Assembly: GCA_047602405.1 (NCBI GenBank)
Contig: JASGHJ010000002.1
Span: forward strand, 736,001-800,000
Direction of reading: 5' to 3'
DNA length: 64,000 bases
From: Anaeromyxobacteraceae bacterium
GTDB lineage: Bacteria; Myxococcota; Myxococcia; Myxococcales; Anaeromyxobacteraceae
Shown here: piece by piece, positions 1-8,990 of the stretch
Layout of the letters: each line of letters starts with the position of its first letter
How positions within the stretch are numbered: position 1 is the first letter of the stretch
Program-made: the position numbers and the translations under genes
Notes under the pieces: model-generated
The model's input: the letters and a program-made list of their open reading frames with translations, nothing else
Databases searched by the model: none
What the model was told of the DNA's origin: nothing

Positions 1-432
1 ACCGAGGTCATCGCCCGCCTGCGCCGCCCGCCGCCGATCAGCGGCGTCTGCTTCCCGTCGAACCACGTCCGCTTCCGGCTCGGCCCCGAGTTCGTCATCG
101 GCCTCGGCGCGAACGTGCGCGAGCAGGACGACGCCGACGGCCACGAGCTCGAGCTCCTCGCGGCCCACGATCACGCCGGCGCGGACGCCGACCCGTACGC
201 CGCGCTCCTCGGCGACGCGCTCCGCGGCGAGACCTACCGCTTCGCGCGGCAGGACTACGTCGAGGAGGCCTGGCGGATCGTCGATCCGATGGTGGCGGCG
301 GACGGCGCGCCCGCGGTCTACGAGCCCGGCAGCTGGGGCCCCCCGGCCGCCTCGGCGCTCGTGCCGGGTGGCTGGGTGGAGCCGCCACCGGGGGCGGGCA
401 GCGGCAACCAGGAGCGCGCGGCGGGGATATGA
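1..432 (+). CDS. zwf: Glucose-6-phosphate dehydrogenase, C-terminal part (truncated by window edge)
   Basis: Frame 1 open from base 1; PYAALLGDALRGETYRFARQDYVEEAWRIVDP...YEPGSWGP matches the G6PD C-terminal pattern; overlaps pgl start (ATGA). Confidence 0.9.
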   Translation, partial: TEVIARLRRPPPISGVCFPSNHVRFRLGPEFVIGLGANVREQDDADGHELELLAAHDHAGADADPYAALLGDALRGETYRFARQDYVEEAWRIVDPMVAADGAPAVYEPGSWGPPAASALVPGGWVEPPPGAGSGNQERAAGI

Positions 433-1112
433 ACGTGGACGTGCAGGCGACGCCCGAGGGCGTCTCGCGGCGGGTGGCGGCGGTGGTGGCGGAGGCGGCC
501 CGCGAGGCGGTCGCGCTGCGCGGGCGGTTCCTGGTCGCGTTCAGCGGCGGGCGCACCCCGGAGCGGATGCTGCGGCGCCTCGCCGACGAGGACGTGCCGT
601 GGGCGCGGGTGCACGTGTTCCAGGTGGACGAGCGGGTCGCGCCGCCGGGCCACCCCGACCGCAACCTCTCGACGCTGCGCTGGGCGCTCCTCGACCGCGT
701 CCCGCTCCTCCCCGGCGCGGCGCACCCGATGCCGGTGGAGCGGCTCGACCTCGCGGGCGCGGCCCGACGCTACGCGGAGGCGCTGCGCGGGCTCGCGGGC
801 GCGCCGCCGGCCCTCGACCTCGTGCACCTCGGGCTCGGCGAGGACGGGCACACCGCGTCGCTCTTCCCCGGCGACGCCGCGCTCGCGGCGGCGGGGGAGG
901 TCGCGGTCACCGGCGTCCGGAACGGGCGGCGCAGGATGACGCTCACGCGCCCCGTGCTGGACGGGGCGCGCCGGATCGTCTGGGAGGTGGTGGGCGCCGG
1001 GAAGGCGAGGCCGCTCGCGCGGCTCCTCGCCGGGGATCCCGGCATCCCCGCCGGCCGCGTCCGCCGCGAGCGGGCGCTCGTGGTGGCGGACGCGGCGGCG
1101 ATGTCGGGCTAG
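429..1112 (+). CDS. pgl: 6-phosphogluconolactonase
   Basis: FSGGRTP, VDERV, LGLGEDGHTASLFP, RMTLT motifs; follows zwf. Confidence 0.92.
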   Translation: MNVDVQATPEGVSRRVAAVVAEAAREAVALRGRFLVAFSGGRTPERMLRRLADEDVPWARVHVFQVDERVAPPGHPDRNLSTLRWALLDRVPLLPGAAHPMPVERLDLAGAARRYAEALRGLAGAPPALDLVHLGLGEDGHTASLFPGDAALAAAGEVAVTGVRNGRRRMTLTRPVLDGARRIVWEVVGAGKARPLARLLAGDPGIPAGRVRRERALVVADAAAMSG

Positions 1113-1774
1113 TGGCAGCCGAAGCAGCTGGTCTTGAAGCTGGCGGTCACGTCCAGGTTACCGTTCGCGTGCAGCGCGGCGTAGGTCGGGTTGAGCCCCG
1201 TCGCGACACCATTCACGCTGACGGCATCCCTGTGGCAGAGCTCGCACTGGTTCCCGCCGCCGTGGTGGCCGTGCCAGGCAGGCGTGGCCCCGGGCGGGTT
1301 CCCGTGGCAGCCCGAGCAGCTCGCGCCCGTCGCATACCAGGACGGGGTCGTGGCGGCGGCGCCGCCGCCGTACGAGACGGTCTTGAGCTCGGGCTCGCCG
1401 TCGCCGCCGGGGAAGAAGTAGCTGAACGTGCCGGCCGGCACCGAGTGGCAGCCCACGTTGGAGCAGGTCTTGACGGCGGGGTCGAAGGTCGGGGCGGGCT
1501 GCCCGGCCTTGTAGGCCGGACCTGCCTTGTCGAAGGCGAGCTTGCCGGCGACCTTGTGGCAGACCGTGCACGCGTAGCTCCCGTGCTTCGCGTGCGCACC
1601 GGACGGCGCGCAGACGTCGGCGTCCGGACAGTAGTTCGCGGCCTCGAGCGCCTGCCCACCGGAGGCCTTCAGCGCCGCCTGGTCCAGGTTCCCGTTCGCG
1701 TCACAGCCGGTGAAGTAGAGCGACGCCGCGACGAAGGCGACGGCGAGCCCGAAGAGCTTCCGAGATGCGTGCAT
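1109..1774 (-). CDS. Multiheme c-type cytochrome lipoprotein (CxxxxCH/CxxCH type)
   Basis: CTVCH, CSNVGCH, CSGCH, CELCH, CFGCH; signal peptide ending FTGC; GGAGGGG RBS before ATG 1774. Confidence 0.85.
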   Translation of the reverse strand: MHASRKLFGLAVAFVAASLYFTGCDANGNLDQAALKASGGQALEAANYCPDADVCAPSGAHAKHGSYACTVCHKVAGKLAFDKAGPAYKAGQPAPTFDPAVKTCSNVGCHSVPAGTFSYFFPGGDGEPELKTVSYGGGAAATTPSWYATGASCSGCHGNPPGATPAWHGHHGGGNQCELCHRDAVSVNGVATGLNPTYAALHANGNLDVTASFKTSCFGCH

Positions 1775-1947
1775 GGTGTCGTTCCCCTCCGCTTCGCCCG
1801 CGCGCTCCCGGCGGCTCCCCCTCTGAAGCCGCGTCGACCGCGGGCGAGCGGTCCCTGGCCGCTTGTTTAACACGCAGGAGGTATCGCTGTGGTGTCGGGG
1901 CGCACCTCACCATCACCCACGGTCAAGGGACGGCGGGTCCGGATCGG

Positions 1948-1961
1948 TTGATCGCGGTCAG
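1948..1961. promoter_or_regulatory. Possible FNR/Crp-family binding site upstream of the cytochrome gene
   Basis: TTGAT-CGCG-GTCAG resembles TTGAT-N4-ATCAA with two mismatches. Confidence 0.3.
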
Positions 1962-1974
1962 GTGCGGGCCGAGG

Positions 1975-1997
1975 CGCTGCGGCGGATCGCCGCAGCG
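1975..1997 (-). terminator. GC-rich hairpin just after the DUF1003 gene
   Basis: CGCTGCGGCG-GAT-CGCCGCAGCG, perfect 10-bp stem, no U-tract. Confidence 0.35.
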
Positions 1998-1999
1998 GC

Positions 2000-2827
2000 T
2001 CACCCGCGGTGCTGCGAGAGCTCGTCCACCTTCCGCTCCAGGCGCGCGAGGTCGCGCTGCAGGGCCTGGATGCCGAGCTCGTTCTTCAGGTTCACGTCGT
2101 AGTCGGCCGCCGCCTGGGCGCGGTCCTTCTCCGCCTGGCGGTTCTGGCTCATCATGATGAACGGCCCCTGCATGGCGGCGGCGATGCCGAGCAGGAGGTT
2201 GAAGAGGATGAAGGGGTAGGGGTCGAGCGGCGCCGAGACGAACGCGTTCGCGAGCATCCACACGCCCGTCGCGGCGAGCAGGCCGATGATGAAGTACCAG
2301 CTGCCGTTCGCCATCGCGATCTTGTCGGCGAGGCGCTGCCCGAAGGTGAGCCGCTCCTCGACCTCGCGGACCGCGTTGCGCGCGGCGTGCTCGCCGATGA
2401 GGGCGGTCGCGCGGCGCAGGCGCTGGGCCATCTCGCCGAGCATCGCCTGGGCCGCGGCGGGCGAGGCGACGAGGTCGTCGAGCACGTCCTCGCGGGAGAG
2501 CTCGGCGACGCGGGTGGTGCCCGCGGCGCGGCCGGTCGCGCTCCGCGGCGCGCCGTCGATGATCGACATCTCGCCGACGTGGCCGCCGGGGCCGACGCGC
2601 GAGAGCACCTGCTCGCGCCCCTTCGAGACGGTGAAGATCTCGAGCTCGCCCTCGAGCACCACGAAGAGCGTGCCGCCGGGATCTCCCTCCCGGAAGAGGA
2701 GCTCGCCGTCGCCGAGGGTCCGCTCCACGAGGCGGCGCGCGACGCGCTCGCGCACCGACGGCTCGAGGCCGAGGAAGAGCGGGATCCCGGCGAGGGGATT
2801 GGCGTCGGTCAACAGGCTGGGCTGCAT
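2000..2827 (-). CDS. Cyclic-nucleotide-binding domain + DUF1003 membrane protein
   Basis: LFREGDPG...GEMSIIDGAPRSAT (cNMP domain), then TFGQRLAD...GSW...DPYPFILFNL...PFIMMSQNRQ (DUF1003). Confidence 0.88.
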   Translation of the reverse strand: MQPSLLTDANPLAGIPLFLGLEPSVRERVARRLVERTLGDGELLFREGDPGGTLFVVLEGELEIFTVSKGREQVLSRVGPGGHVGEMSIIDGAPRSATGRAAGTTRVAELSREDVLDDLVASPAAAQAMLGEMAQRLRRATALIGEHAARNAVREVEERLTFGQRLADKIAMANGSWYFIIGLLAATGVWMLANAFVSAPLDPYPFILFNLLLGIAAAMQGPFIMMSQNRQAEKDRAQAAADYDVNLKNELGIQALQRDLARLERKVDELSQHRG

Positions 2828-3280
2828 GAGGCCCCGCAATATGCAGAAGGGGTCTGCCGCCAGCAAGCGGGGCGGCACGGGCCCGCGTGCCCGGAGGCGT
2901 CGGGTCCTCCCCCGGAAGCATCAACTGGAGTTCTTTCATGGACGTCCCAGATGGGGTGTGCGTGAGAGGTCAGGTGGTCGAGTTCTGGCCGGATCCCTGA
3001 GAACCGGTCCCGGTTTCACCGGAGGTCCTGCGCGGGAAAGGTCGCGACCCTCTGCAAAATGCAGTGCGTCACCCCGGCGCCTGATGATCCCCCGTCTCTG
3101 AAGCGTCTCGGCGAGCCCTCGCCGTTCGACGAAGCCGGGCCGGGCGCGACAGTGGGCCACACTTCACACACCCTGGGCAGTCCGCTCAGATGTACGCACC
3201 GGCCATCGGTGTCGGACTGGGAACCGCCACCTTCGTCCGCCGGTTTGCAGTGCCGCAGTCCAGCAGGGGGGAAACACCAC

Positions 3281-6109
3281 ATGACGTCATCGTCGATGCG
3301 CGCGCTCTGCGCGTCGCTCGCGCTCTCGTGCGCGGGCGCCGCGAGCGCGCAGCTGCCGTACACACCCGCCGTGCCGTCGAGCGGCGTCAACGCCGCCTTC
3401 CCGGCTCAGAATCCGCTCGGACCGGTCGGCATCGCCAACGGCTCGGTCAACTACCCGTACCCGGGGCAGTGCCTCGCCGACCCGGCGAACCAGGCGCTGT
3501 TCCCGCTCACGCCCGTCTGCGGCGCGCTCGGCAGCTTCGCGGCGCCCTCGCAGCGCACGGCCGGTGGCTGGGCCGACGCCGGCCGCCTCATCCCGCCGGT
3601 GGTGCTCAACCCCATCCTGCCCACGTCGGTGCCGCCCGCGGGCGTCCCGGCCACGCCGAAGTTCGCGTGGAACGTGCTCAACCCGTTCGACTACACGCCG
3701 GACACCACCACCTACCCCGGCGCGGACTACTACGAGATCGGCGTGCACGAGGCCTGGGGCTTCCAGGCGGTGGCCGCCGCCGGCCTCTTCCCGAACCCCG
3801 GCGGCGCCGGCGTGCCGAACGGCATGCAGTGGACCGGCCTCCTCTGCAACCTCGCCGGCGGCTGCACCTGCCCGGCCGACGCGAGCGCCTCGTTCCGCGC
3901 GACGTACTGCACCGCGGGCGGCCGCATCCCGGCCGGCGCGCCGCTCTTCACGCCGATCTCGGGCGTGGGCCAGGTGAACATGGGCGGCGGCCCCGCCACG
4001 CAGGTCCTCGCCGGGGCCGGCCTCTTCGACCCGCTCGCGCAGCCCGCGAGCGCCTGGTCCGCGAACAACTACGTCGCGACCTGGCCGTCGATCAACATCC
4101 GCGCGACGCGCGGCCGCCCGGTCGTCGTGAAGTGGGTCAACGAGTTCCCGAACAACCACGTGCTCTGCCCGCACCCCGACGCGGCCGACTGGCACTGCGG
4201 CATCGACCGCACCTTCATGGGCGTGAAGGCCCGCGTCGACCCGGGCCTCGCGCACACGGCGTCGGTGCCGCCGGACGGCGTCAACCAGTTCGGCTCGCCG
4301 CAGCAGCCCGACAACTCGTGGGTCACGCACCTCCACGGCGGTGAGATCCCGCCGTCGACCGACGGCTTCGCCGAGAAGTGGTTCGGCAACGCCGTCACCT
4401 CCCAGGCCTACGCGAACCTGTTCGTGAACCCGCCGTTCGAGAACCCGTCCTTCATCACGCTGAAGCGCCCGGCCGGCTCGTCCGACGTCTACACGTACCC
4501 GATGGTCCAGGAGGAGGCGACCATCTGGTTCCACGACCACACCCTCGGCAAGACGCACCACAACGTCATCGCCGGCCCCGCGGGCTTCTTCCCGGTGAAG
4601 GAGCCGGCGAAGCACGGCGGCCTCGGCGCCGGCGCGGGCAAGTGCCCGGCGGGCCTCGCGACCTGCACGACCGAGTACACCTGGCTCGACCCGGTGACCG
4701 AGCCGCGCTCGGACCTCCCCGGCGCGCCGGGCGTGGTGCCGAGGTTCGACATGTTCCTCGCCATCCAGGACCGCTCGTTCAACGACGACGGCTCCATCAA
4801 CTTCGCGAACGGCGGCGGCCAGCTCCAGCCGGTCCCCGCGGTGGCCGTGGGCCAGACGCCGGTCACCCCCGGTGCGAACCCGCAGGTCCACCCGACCTGG
4901 GTGCCGGAGTACTTCGGCGACCACGCGCTCGTGAACGGCGTGCTCTGGCCGAAGGCGCCCGTCGCGCCGGGCTGGTACCGGCTCCGCGTGGTGGACGGCT
5001 CCGACTCGCGCTGCTGGACGATCTCGCTCAACAAGGCGATGCCGGCGCCGGGCGCCCGCCCGGGCAACGCCTCCCGCATCCCGTTCTGGGTCCTCGGAAA
5101 CGACCAGGGCTACCTGAAGTCCCCGGTCCCGACGAACCAGTTCACGATGTGCCCCGGCGAGCGCTACGAGCTCCTCGTGAACTTCGGCGCGATCCCGGGC
5201 GTGCGCGCCGGGACGCCGGTGTCGATCTACATGACCAACATCGCGGCCGCGCCGTACCCGGCGGGCGTGACGCCGTTCGCGGCGGGCAGCCCGTACGCCG
5301 AGATGAACACCATCATGCGGTTCGACGTGAACCCCGCGAACGGCGCCGGCGTGAAGAGCTGCGCGGCGGGCGCCCAGGCGAGCTGGGACCCGACCTGGAC
5401 CCAGGCGCAGATGACCGCGGCGATCGTCGCGGGCCAGGCGTGCATGCCGGCGGATCCCGCGCTGCAGGTCGACCCGAACTTCGTCGACCTGCGGCCGGCG
5501 GTGGCGGGCGCGGTGGTGCGCCAGGTCTACCTGAACGAGCGCGTCGACGGGACCACGCTCGCGCCCTTCGGCATGCAGCTGAACGGCGTGCCCTTCGAGT
5601 ACAAGGTCACCGAGACGCCGCGGAAGGGCACGAAGGAGGTCTGGAAGTTCATCAACCTCACCGTCGACGCCCACCCGCTGCACCCGCACCTCGTGAGCCA
5701 CCAGATCGTGGAGCGGCAGACCTTCTCGGTCGGGCGCTACAAGGCGGCGCTGTGCGGCTCGACGACCTGCCAGCCGGGCCCCGTCCCGGGCGGTGAGATG
5801 CAGGTGATCCCGGACGTCACGCCGTTCCTCACGAACGCGCCGGTGCCGGTCACCGCGGCGAGCTTCGAGGGCGGGCGCAAGGACGCGACGCAGGTGCCCC
5901 CGGGCCAGGTCACGACGATCATCGCCGACTGGTCGCCGCGCTGGAAGGACACGGGCGTCGTGAACGCGCCCGGCCAGGGCCCGGTGGACGGCTCGGACGC
6001 CTCCACGTGGACCTACGAGGACGCCACCTCCGGCCCGTACGTGTGGCACTGCCACATCAACTCGCACGAGGACTCGGAGATGATGCGCACGAGCCTCGTG
6101 GTGAAGTAG
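3281..6109 (+). CDS. Large secreted multicopper oxidase (CotA/bilirubin-oxidase-like)
   Basis: All four Cu motifs: THLHGG, WFHDH, HPLHPH, WHCHINSHEDSEMM; N-terminal signal peptide. Confidence 0.9.
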   Translation: MTSSSMRALCASLALSCAGAASAQLPYTPAVPSSGVNAAFPAQNPLGPVGIANGSVNYPYPGQCLADPANQALFPLTPVCGALGSFAAPSQRTAGGWADAGRLIPPVVLNPILPTSVPPAGVPATPKFAWNVLNPFDYTPDTTTYPGADYYEIGVHEAWGFQAVAAAGLFPNPGGAGVPNGMQWTGLLCNLAGGCTCPADASASFRATYCTAGGRIPAGAPLFTPISGVGQVNMGGGPATQVLAGAGLFDPLAQPASAWSANNYVATWPSINIRATRGRPVVVKWVNEFPNNHVLCPHPDAADWHCGIDRTFMGVKARVDPGLAHTASVPPDGVNQFGSPQQPDNSWVTHLHGGEIPPSTDGFAEKWFGNAVTSQAYANLFVNPPFENPSFITLKRPAGSSDVYTYPMVQEEATIWFHDHTLGKTHHNVIAGPAGFFPVKEPAKHGGLGAGAGKCPAGLATCTTEYTWLDPVTEPRSDLPGAPGVVPRFDMFLAIQDRSFNDDGSINFANGGGQLQPVPAVAVGQTPVTPGANPQVHPTWVPEYFGDHALVNGVLWPKAPVAPGWYRLRVVDGSDSRCWTISLNKAMPAPGARPGNASRIPFWVLGNDQGYLKSPVPTNQFTMCPGERYELLVNFGAIPGVRAGTPVSIYMTNIAAAPYPAGVTPFAAGSPYAEMNTIMRFDVNPANGAGVKSCAAGAQASWDPTWTQAQMTAAIVAGQACMPADPALQVDPNFVDLRPAVAGAVVRQVYLNERVDGTTLAPFGMQLNGVPFEYKVTETPRKGTKEVWKFINLTVDAHPLHPHLVSHQIVERQTFSVGRYKAALCGSTTCQPGPVPGGEMQVIPDVTPFLTNAPVPVTAASFEGGRKDATQVPPGQVTTIIADWSPRWKDTGVVNAPGQGPVDGSDASTWTYEDATSGPYVWHCHINSHEDSEMMRTSLVVK

Positions 6110-6130
6110 CCCGCGGCAGGGCAAGGAAGT

Positions 6131-6168
6131 GACCGGGGCGGGGCCGAGAGGCCCCGCCCCGGTTCTTC
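6131..6168 (+). terminator. Intrinsic terminator
   Basis: CCGGGGCGGGGCC-GAGA-GGCCCCGCCCCGG followed by TTCTT, about 20 nt after the stop. Confidence 0.75.
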
Positions 6169-6260
6169 AGGGGCGCTCGTCCCTCGACTCCGGGCCCGCT
6201 GAAGCGGGCCCTACGCTCGGGATGAATGGATCGCCCCCGCCCTGGCAAGCGGGGTTCCTT

Positions 6261-6914
6261 TCACGGCGTCAGCGTGTAGGGCACCCGGAACCGCTTCCCG
6301 GGCCTCGCCTGCGGCGCCTCCGCGGTCATCCCGCGGAGCACCCGCTGGGTGCAGGAGAAGAGCCCGTCCGCCGCGCCGGCCCGCACGTCCACGGTGGCGT
6401 CCACGATCCGCACGACGCCGGCGCCGGTCTCGAGCTGCAGCATCACGGTGGGGCTCGCGCCGCCCTCCTCGCCGGTCGCGTCACCCGCGACCGACGGCAC
6501 CGCCGCGCCGTGCCGGCTCTGCACGTCGAGGTCGAAGCAGGCCGCGAGGGCGTCGCGGCGCTCCGCGAGGGCGCGCCCGACGGCGCCGCCGAGCGGGCCG
6601 AGGGCGGAGAGCCTGCCGACCGGCGTGACCGCCTCCCAGGAGCCCGGGGCCGGAGGCGGCGGCGCGACGTCCATGATGACCGGCGGCGGCGGGGGCTCGG
6701 TCCGCTGGGATGGGAAGACCGCGGGCCCGGTGGGCGCGAGGACGATGGGCGGAAGCACGTCCGCGCCCGGCGTCACGGGACCCGGGGGCTGGCCCGGCGC
6801 AGGCCCGACGGGCCGGGTCGCCCAGAGCACCACGCCAATCCCCGCGACGAGGAGGGCCCCGATGCCCGCGAGGGCGAGGAGCGGGCCGCGCCCGCCGCCG
6901 CTCGGGGCGCTCAC
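6261..6914 (-). CDS. Membrane-anchored hypothetical protein: Pro-rich linker and a two-Cys C-terminal domain (possibly AgmX/PglI/TonB-C-like)
   Basis: GTG overlaps upstream stop (GTGA); N-terminal TM; ...DALAACF...LFSCTQRVL. Confidence 0.6.
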   Translation of the reverse strand: MSAPSGGGRGPLLALAGIGALLVAGIGVVLWATRPVGPAPGQPPGPVTPGADVLPPIVLAPTGPAVFPSQRTEPPPPPVIMDVAPPPPAPGSWEAVTPVGRLSALGPLGGAVGRALAERRDALAACFDLDVQSRHGAAVPSVAGDATGEEGGASPTVMLQLETGAGVVRIVDATVDVRAGAADGLFSCTQRVLRGMTAEAPQARPGKRFRVPYTLTP

Positions 6915-7483
6915 GGCGCGGGCTCCTTCTCGCGCGCGGCCCCGGCGATGGCCTTCTCGGCCGCCCCGACCTCCTCCTCGAGCTCGCGGTTCGCCGCGCT
7001 CGCCTTCGCGAGCACGCGGTCGGCCCGCCCCAGGCACTCCTCCAGCGAGGCGCGGGCGGCGCCGACGTCGTAGGTCCGGCGCGGCCCGGGCGCGTCCTGG
7101 AGCGCGCTGTCGTAGAGGAGGTGGTCCTGCCGGCACGCGCGGGTGGGGTCCACGGGCCACTGCGCGCGCATGAGCGCCGCGTTCGCGGTCCAGGCCTCCT
7201 CGAGCTCGTGGCGGAGGTGGCGGGCCTCGGCGGCCGGCAGGCGCCCGGCCCGCGCGAGCCGCTCGAGCTCCGCGAGCGCGACCTTCGCCCGGAGCTGCAG
7301 CTGCGTGGCCGAGGTGCGCACCGTGATGATCCGGTTGTCGGTGTCGTACGCGCGGCGCCAGACCGCCTGCTCCTGCGGCGAGGCCGCCGGGGGCGGCTCC
7401 TCGAGGTCGCGGGGCGCGGAGGGGCCCGCCTGGGCGAGCGCGAGGGCCATCAGCGAGGACGTGAGCAGCGCGGGCGTCATCAT
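6911..7483 (-). CDS. Secreted helical hypothetical protein
   Basis: Signal peptide (ALALAQA), coiled-coil-like composition, TATGAT 8 nt upstream of ATG. Confidence 0.65.
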   Translation of the reverse strand: MMTPALLTSSLMALALAQAGPSAPRDLEEPPPAASPQEQAVWRRAYDTDNRIITVRTSATQLQLRAKVALAELERLARAGRLPAAEARHLRHELEEAWTANAALMRAQWPVDPTRACRQDHLLYDSALQDAPGPRRTYDVGAARASLEECLGRADRVLAKASAANRELEEEVGAAEKAIAGAAREKEPAP

Positions 7484-7542
7484 CGTCGCGCATCATACCC
7501 GCAGCCCCCGCCAGCCGTGGGAGAATGCCCCGGGGGTTCACG

Positions 7543-8091
7543 ATGAGACTCATGCTCGCTCTCCTTCTCGGCGCCGTCCTCGCCGCGCCCGCCGCAGGCC
7601 AGGAGGAGGGCCCGGCCTCCCCCGTGCACGACCTCGGCTGGCGGGGCTCGCGCTGGGGGATGAAGGTCGAGGACGTGGTGGCCGCGTTCCCGGGCGAGGC
7701 CGTGCGGCTCGACCCGGCGCTCCGGCTCGCGGACGGCAACGAGGTCGCGGTGGAGCTCCCGGGGCACCGGCTCGCGGGGGAGCCCCTGCGCGCGCGCTTC
7801 GTGTTCACGCACGGGCGGCTCGTCCTCGTGAGCCTCCGCACGCCGGAGGATCACCACGCCGCCCCCGCGGCCTACGCCGCGGTGCGCGCCGCCCTCGCGT
7901 CCACCTTCGGCTTCCGGGGGGCGGAGTCGAGGGACGACAGCCTCGTCGACCTCCGGCAGACGCGCTGGGTCCTCGGCCAGACCGCGGTCGACCTGCGCTA
8001 CATCCCCGGGGTGGTGTCGGTCGTCTGGTTCCCGTGGCCGCCCCCGGCGGAGATCCAGGCGCAGCCCGAGGCAGGCGAGGCGGCCCGGTAG
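7543..8091 (+). CDS. Secreted hypothetical protein
   Basis: Signal peptide MRLMLALLLGAVLAAPAAG; GWRGSRWGM start of globular domain. Confidence 0.65.
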   Translation: MRLMLALLLGAVLAAPAAGQEEGPASPVHDLGWRGSRWGMKVEDVVAAFPGEAVRLDPALRLADGNEVAVELPGHRLAGEPLRARFVFTHGRLVLVSLRTPEDHHAAPAAYAAVRAALASTFGFRGAESRDDSLVDLRQTRWVLGQTAVDLRYIPGVVSVVWFPWPPPAEIQAQPEAGEAAR

Positions 8092-8137
8092 ATCCTTCCG
8101 GCGGCCCGTGCGTTCACGGCTTCGAAAGGAGCCGAAC

Positions 8138-8980
8138 ATGCTCGCCGCCCGCCTCGCCGTCCTCGCCGCCGCCCTCTCCGCCTGCGCCACCCCCACCGAG
8201 GCGGCCGCCGCCGATCGCCAGGGGCCCTGGTCGGTCCGCCTCGTCGACGAGGCCGGGCGCACCCTGCCCACGTTCCAGCAGGGGGGCCGCACCTACGTCC
8301 TCGGCACCCTCGGCCGCCGCTACGCGGTGGAGGTCAGGAACGGCTCGCCCCGCCGCGTCGAGGTGGTCGTCTCGGTCGACGGGCGGGACGTCGTGGACGG
8401 CCGTCCGGCGACCCCGGAGCGGCGGGGCTACCTCGTCGAGCCGTGGGGCGAGCTGACCGTCGACGGCTTCCGGGTCTCCGACGCCGAGGTCGCGGCGTTC
8501 CGGTTCTCGAGCGTGCCGCGCTCGTATGCGTCGCGGATGGGGGACGCGCGCGACGTGGGCGTGATCGGCGTCGCGGTCTTCCCGGAGGCCGCGCCCCGGC
8601 CGCCGCCGCCGCCGGTCTACCAGCCGTGGGGCGCCGAGGACGACGGGCGGGTCGGCGCCGGCGCCGCCTCGAAGGCCGCGCCCGAGCCGTCCGCGCCCCG
8701 CTCGGCCGACGCCGGCCCGGCCGAGGCCCGCCGGCGCGACGCCGAGCGCCCCGGCCTCGGCACCGAGTTCGGCGAGCGCCGCGACTCCGAGGTCACGCAC
8801 GTCGCCTTCGAGCGGGCCTCCTCCCGGCCCGCGGCGCTCCTGACGCTCCGCTACGACGACCGCGCCGGCCTCGCCGCGCTCGGCATCGACGTCGACGGCC
8901 GCCGCCCCGACGACGCCTGGCTGCGCGCCACCGCCCGCCCGTTCCGCGGCTACTCGGAGCCGCCCCCCGGCTGGCGGTAG
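8138..8980 (+). CDS. Hypothetical lipoprotein
   Basis: AAGGAG RBS; lipobox LSAC; globular segments VVSVDGRDV, VGVIGVAVF, LGTEFGE. Confidence 0.75.
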   Translation: MLAARLAVLAAALSACATPTEAAAADRQGPWSVRLVDEAGRTLPTFQQGGRTYVLGTLGRRYAVEVRNGSPRRVEVVVSVDGRDVVDGRPATPERRGYLVEPWGELTVDGFRVSDAEVAAFRFSSVPRSYASRMGDARDVGVIGVAVFPEAAPRPPPPPVYQPWGAEDDGRVGAGAASKAAPEPSAPRSADAGPAEARRRDAERPGLGTEFGERRDSEVTHVAFERASSRPAALLTLRYDDRAGLAALGIDVDGRRPDDAWLRATARPFRGYSEPPPGWR

Positions 8981-8990
8981 GATGGGGTCG

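Noticed and set aside
1775..1940. Cyclic dinucleotide (GEMM-I) riboswitch upstream of the cytochrome
   Set aside because: Plausible by context, but I could not find the GGCAAA...GAAA...GACGCAAAGC pattern; an Rfam scan would settle it.
2880..3280. Structured ncRNA or sigma54 promoter upstream of the multicopper oxidase
   Set aside because: No recognisable riboswitch core or GG-N10-GC consensus; left as an unexplained regulatory region.
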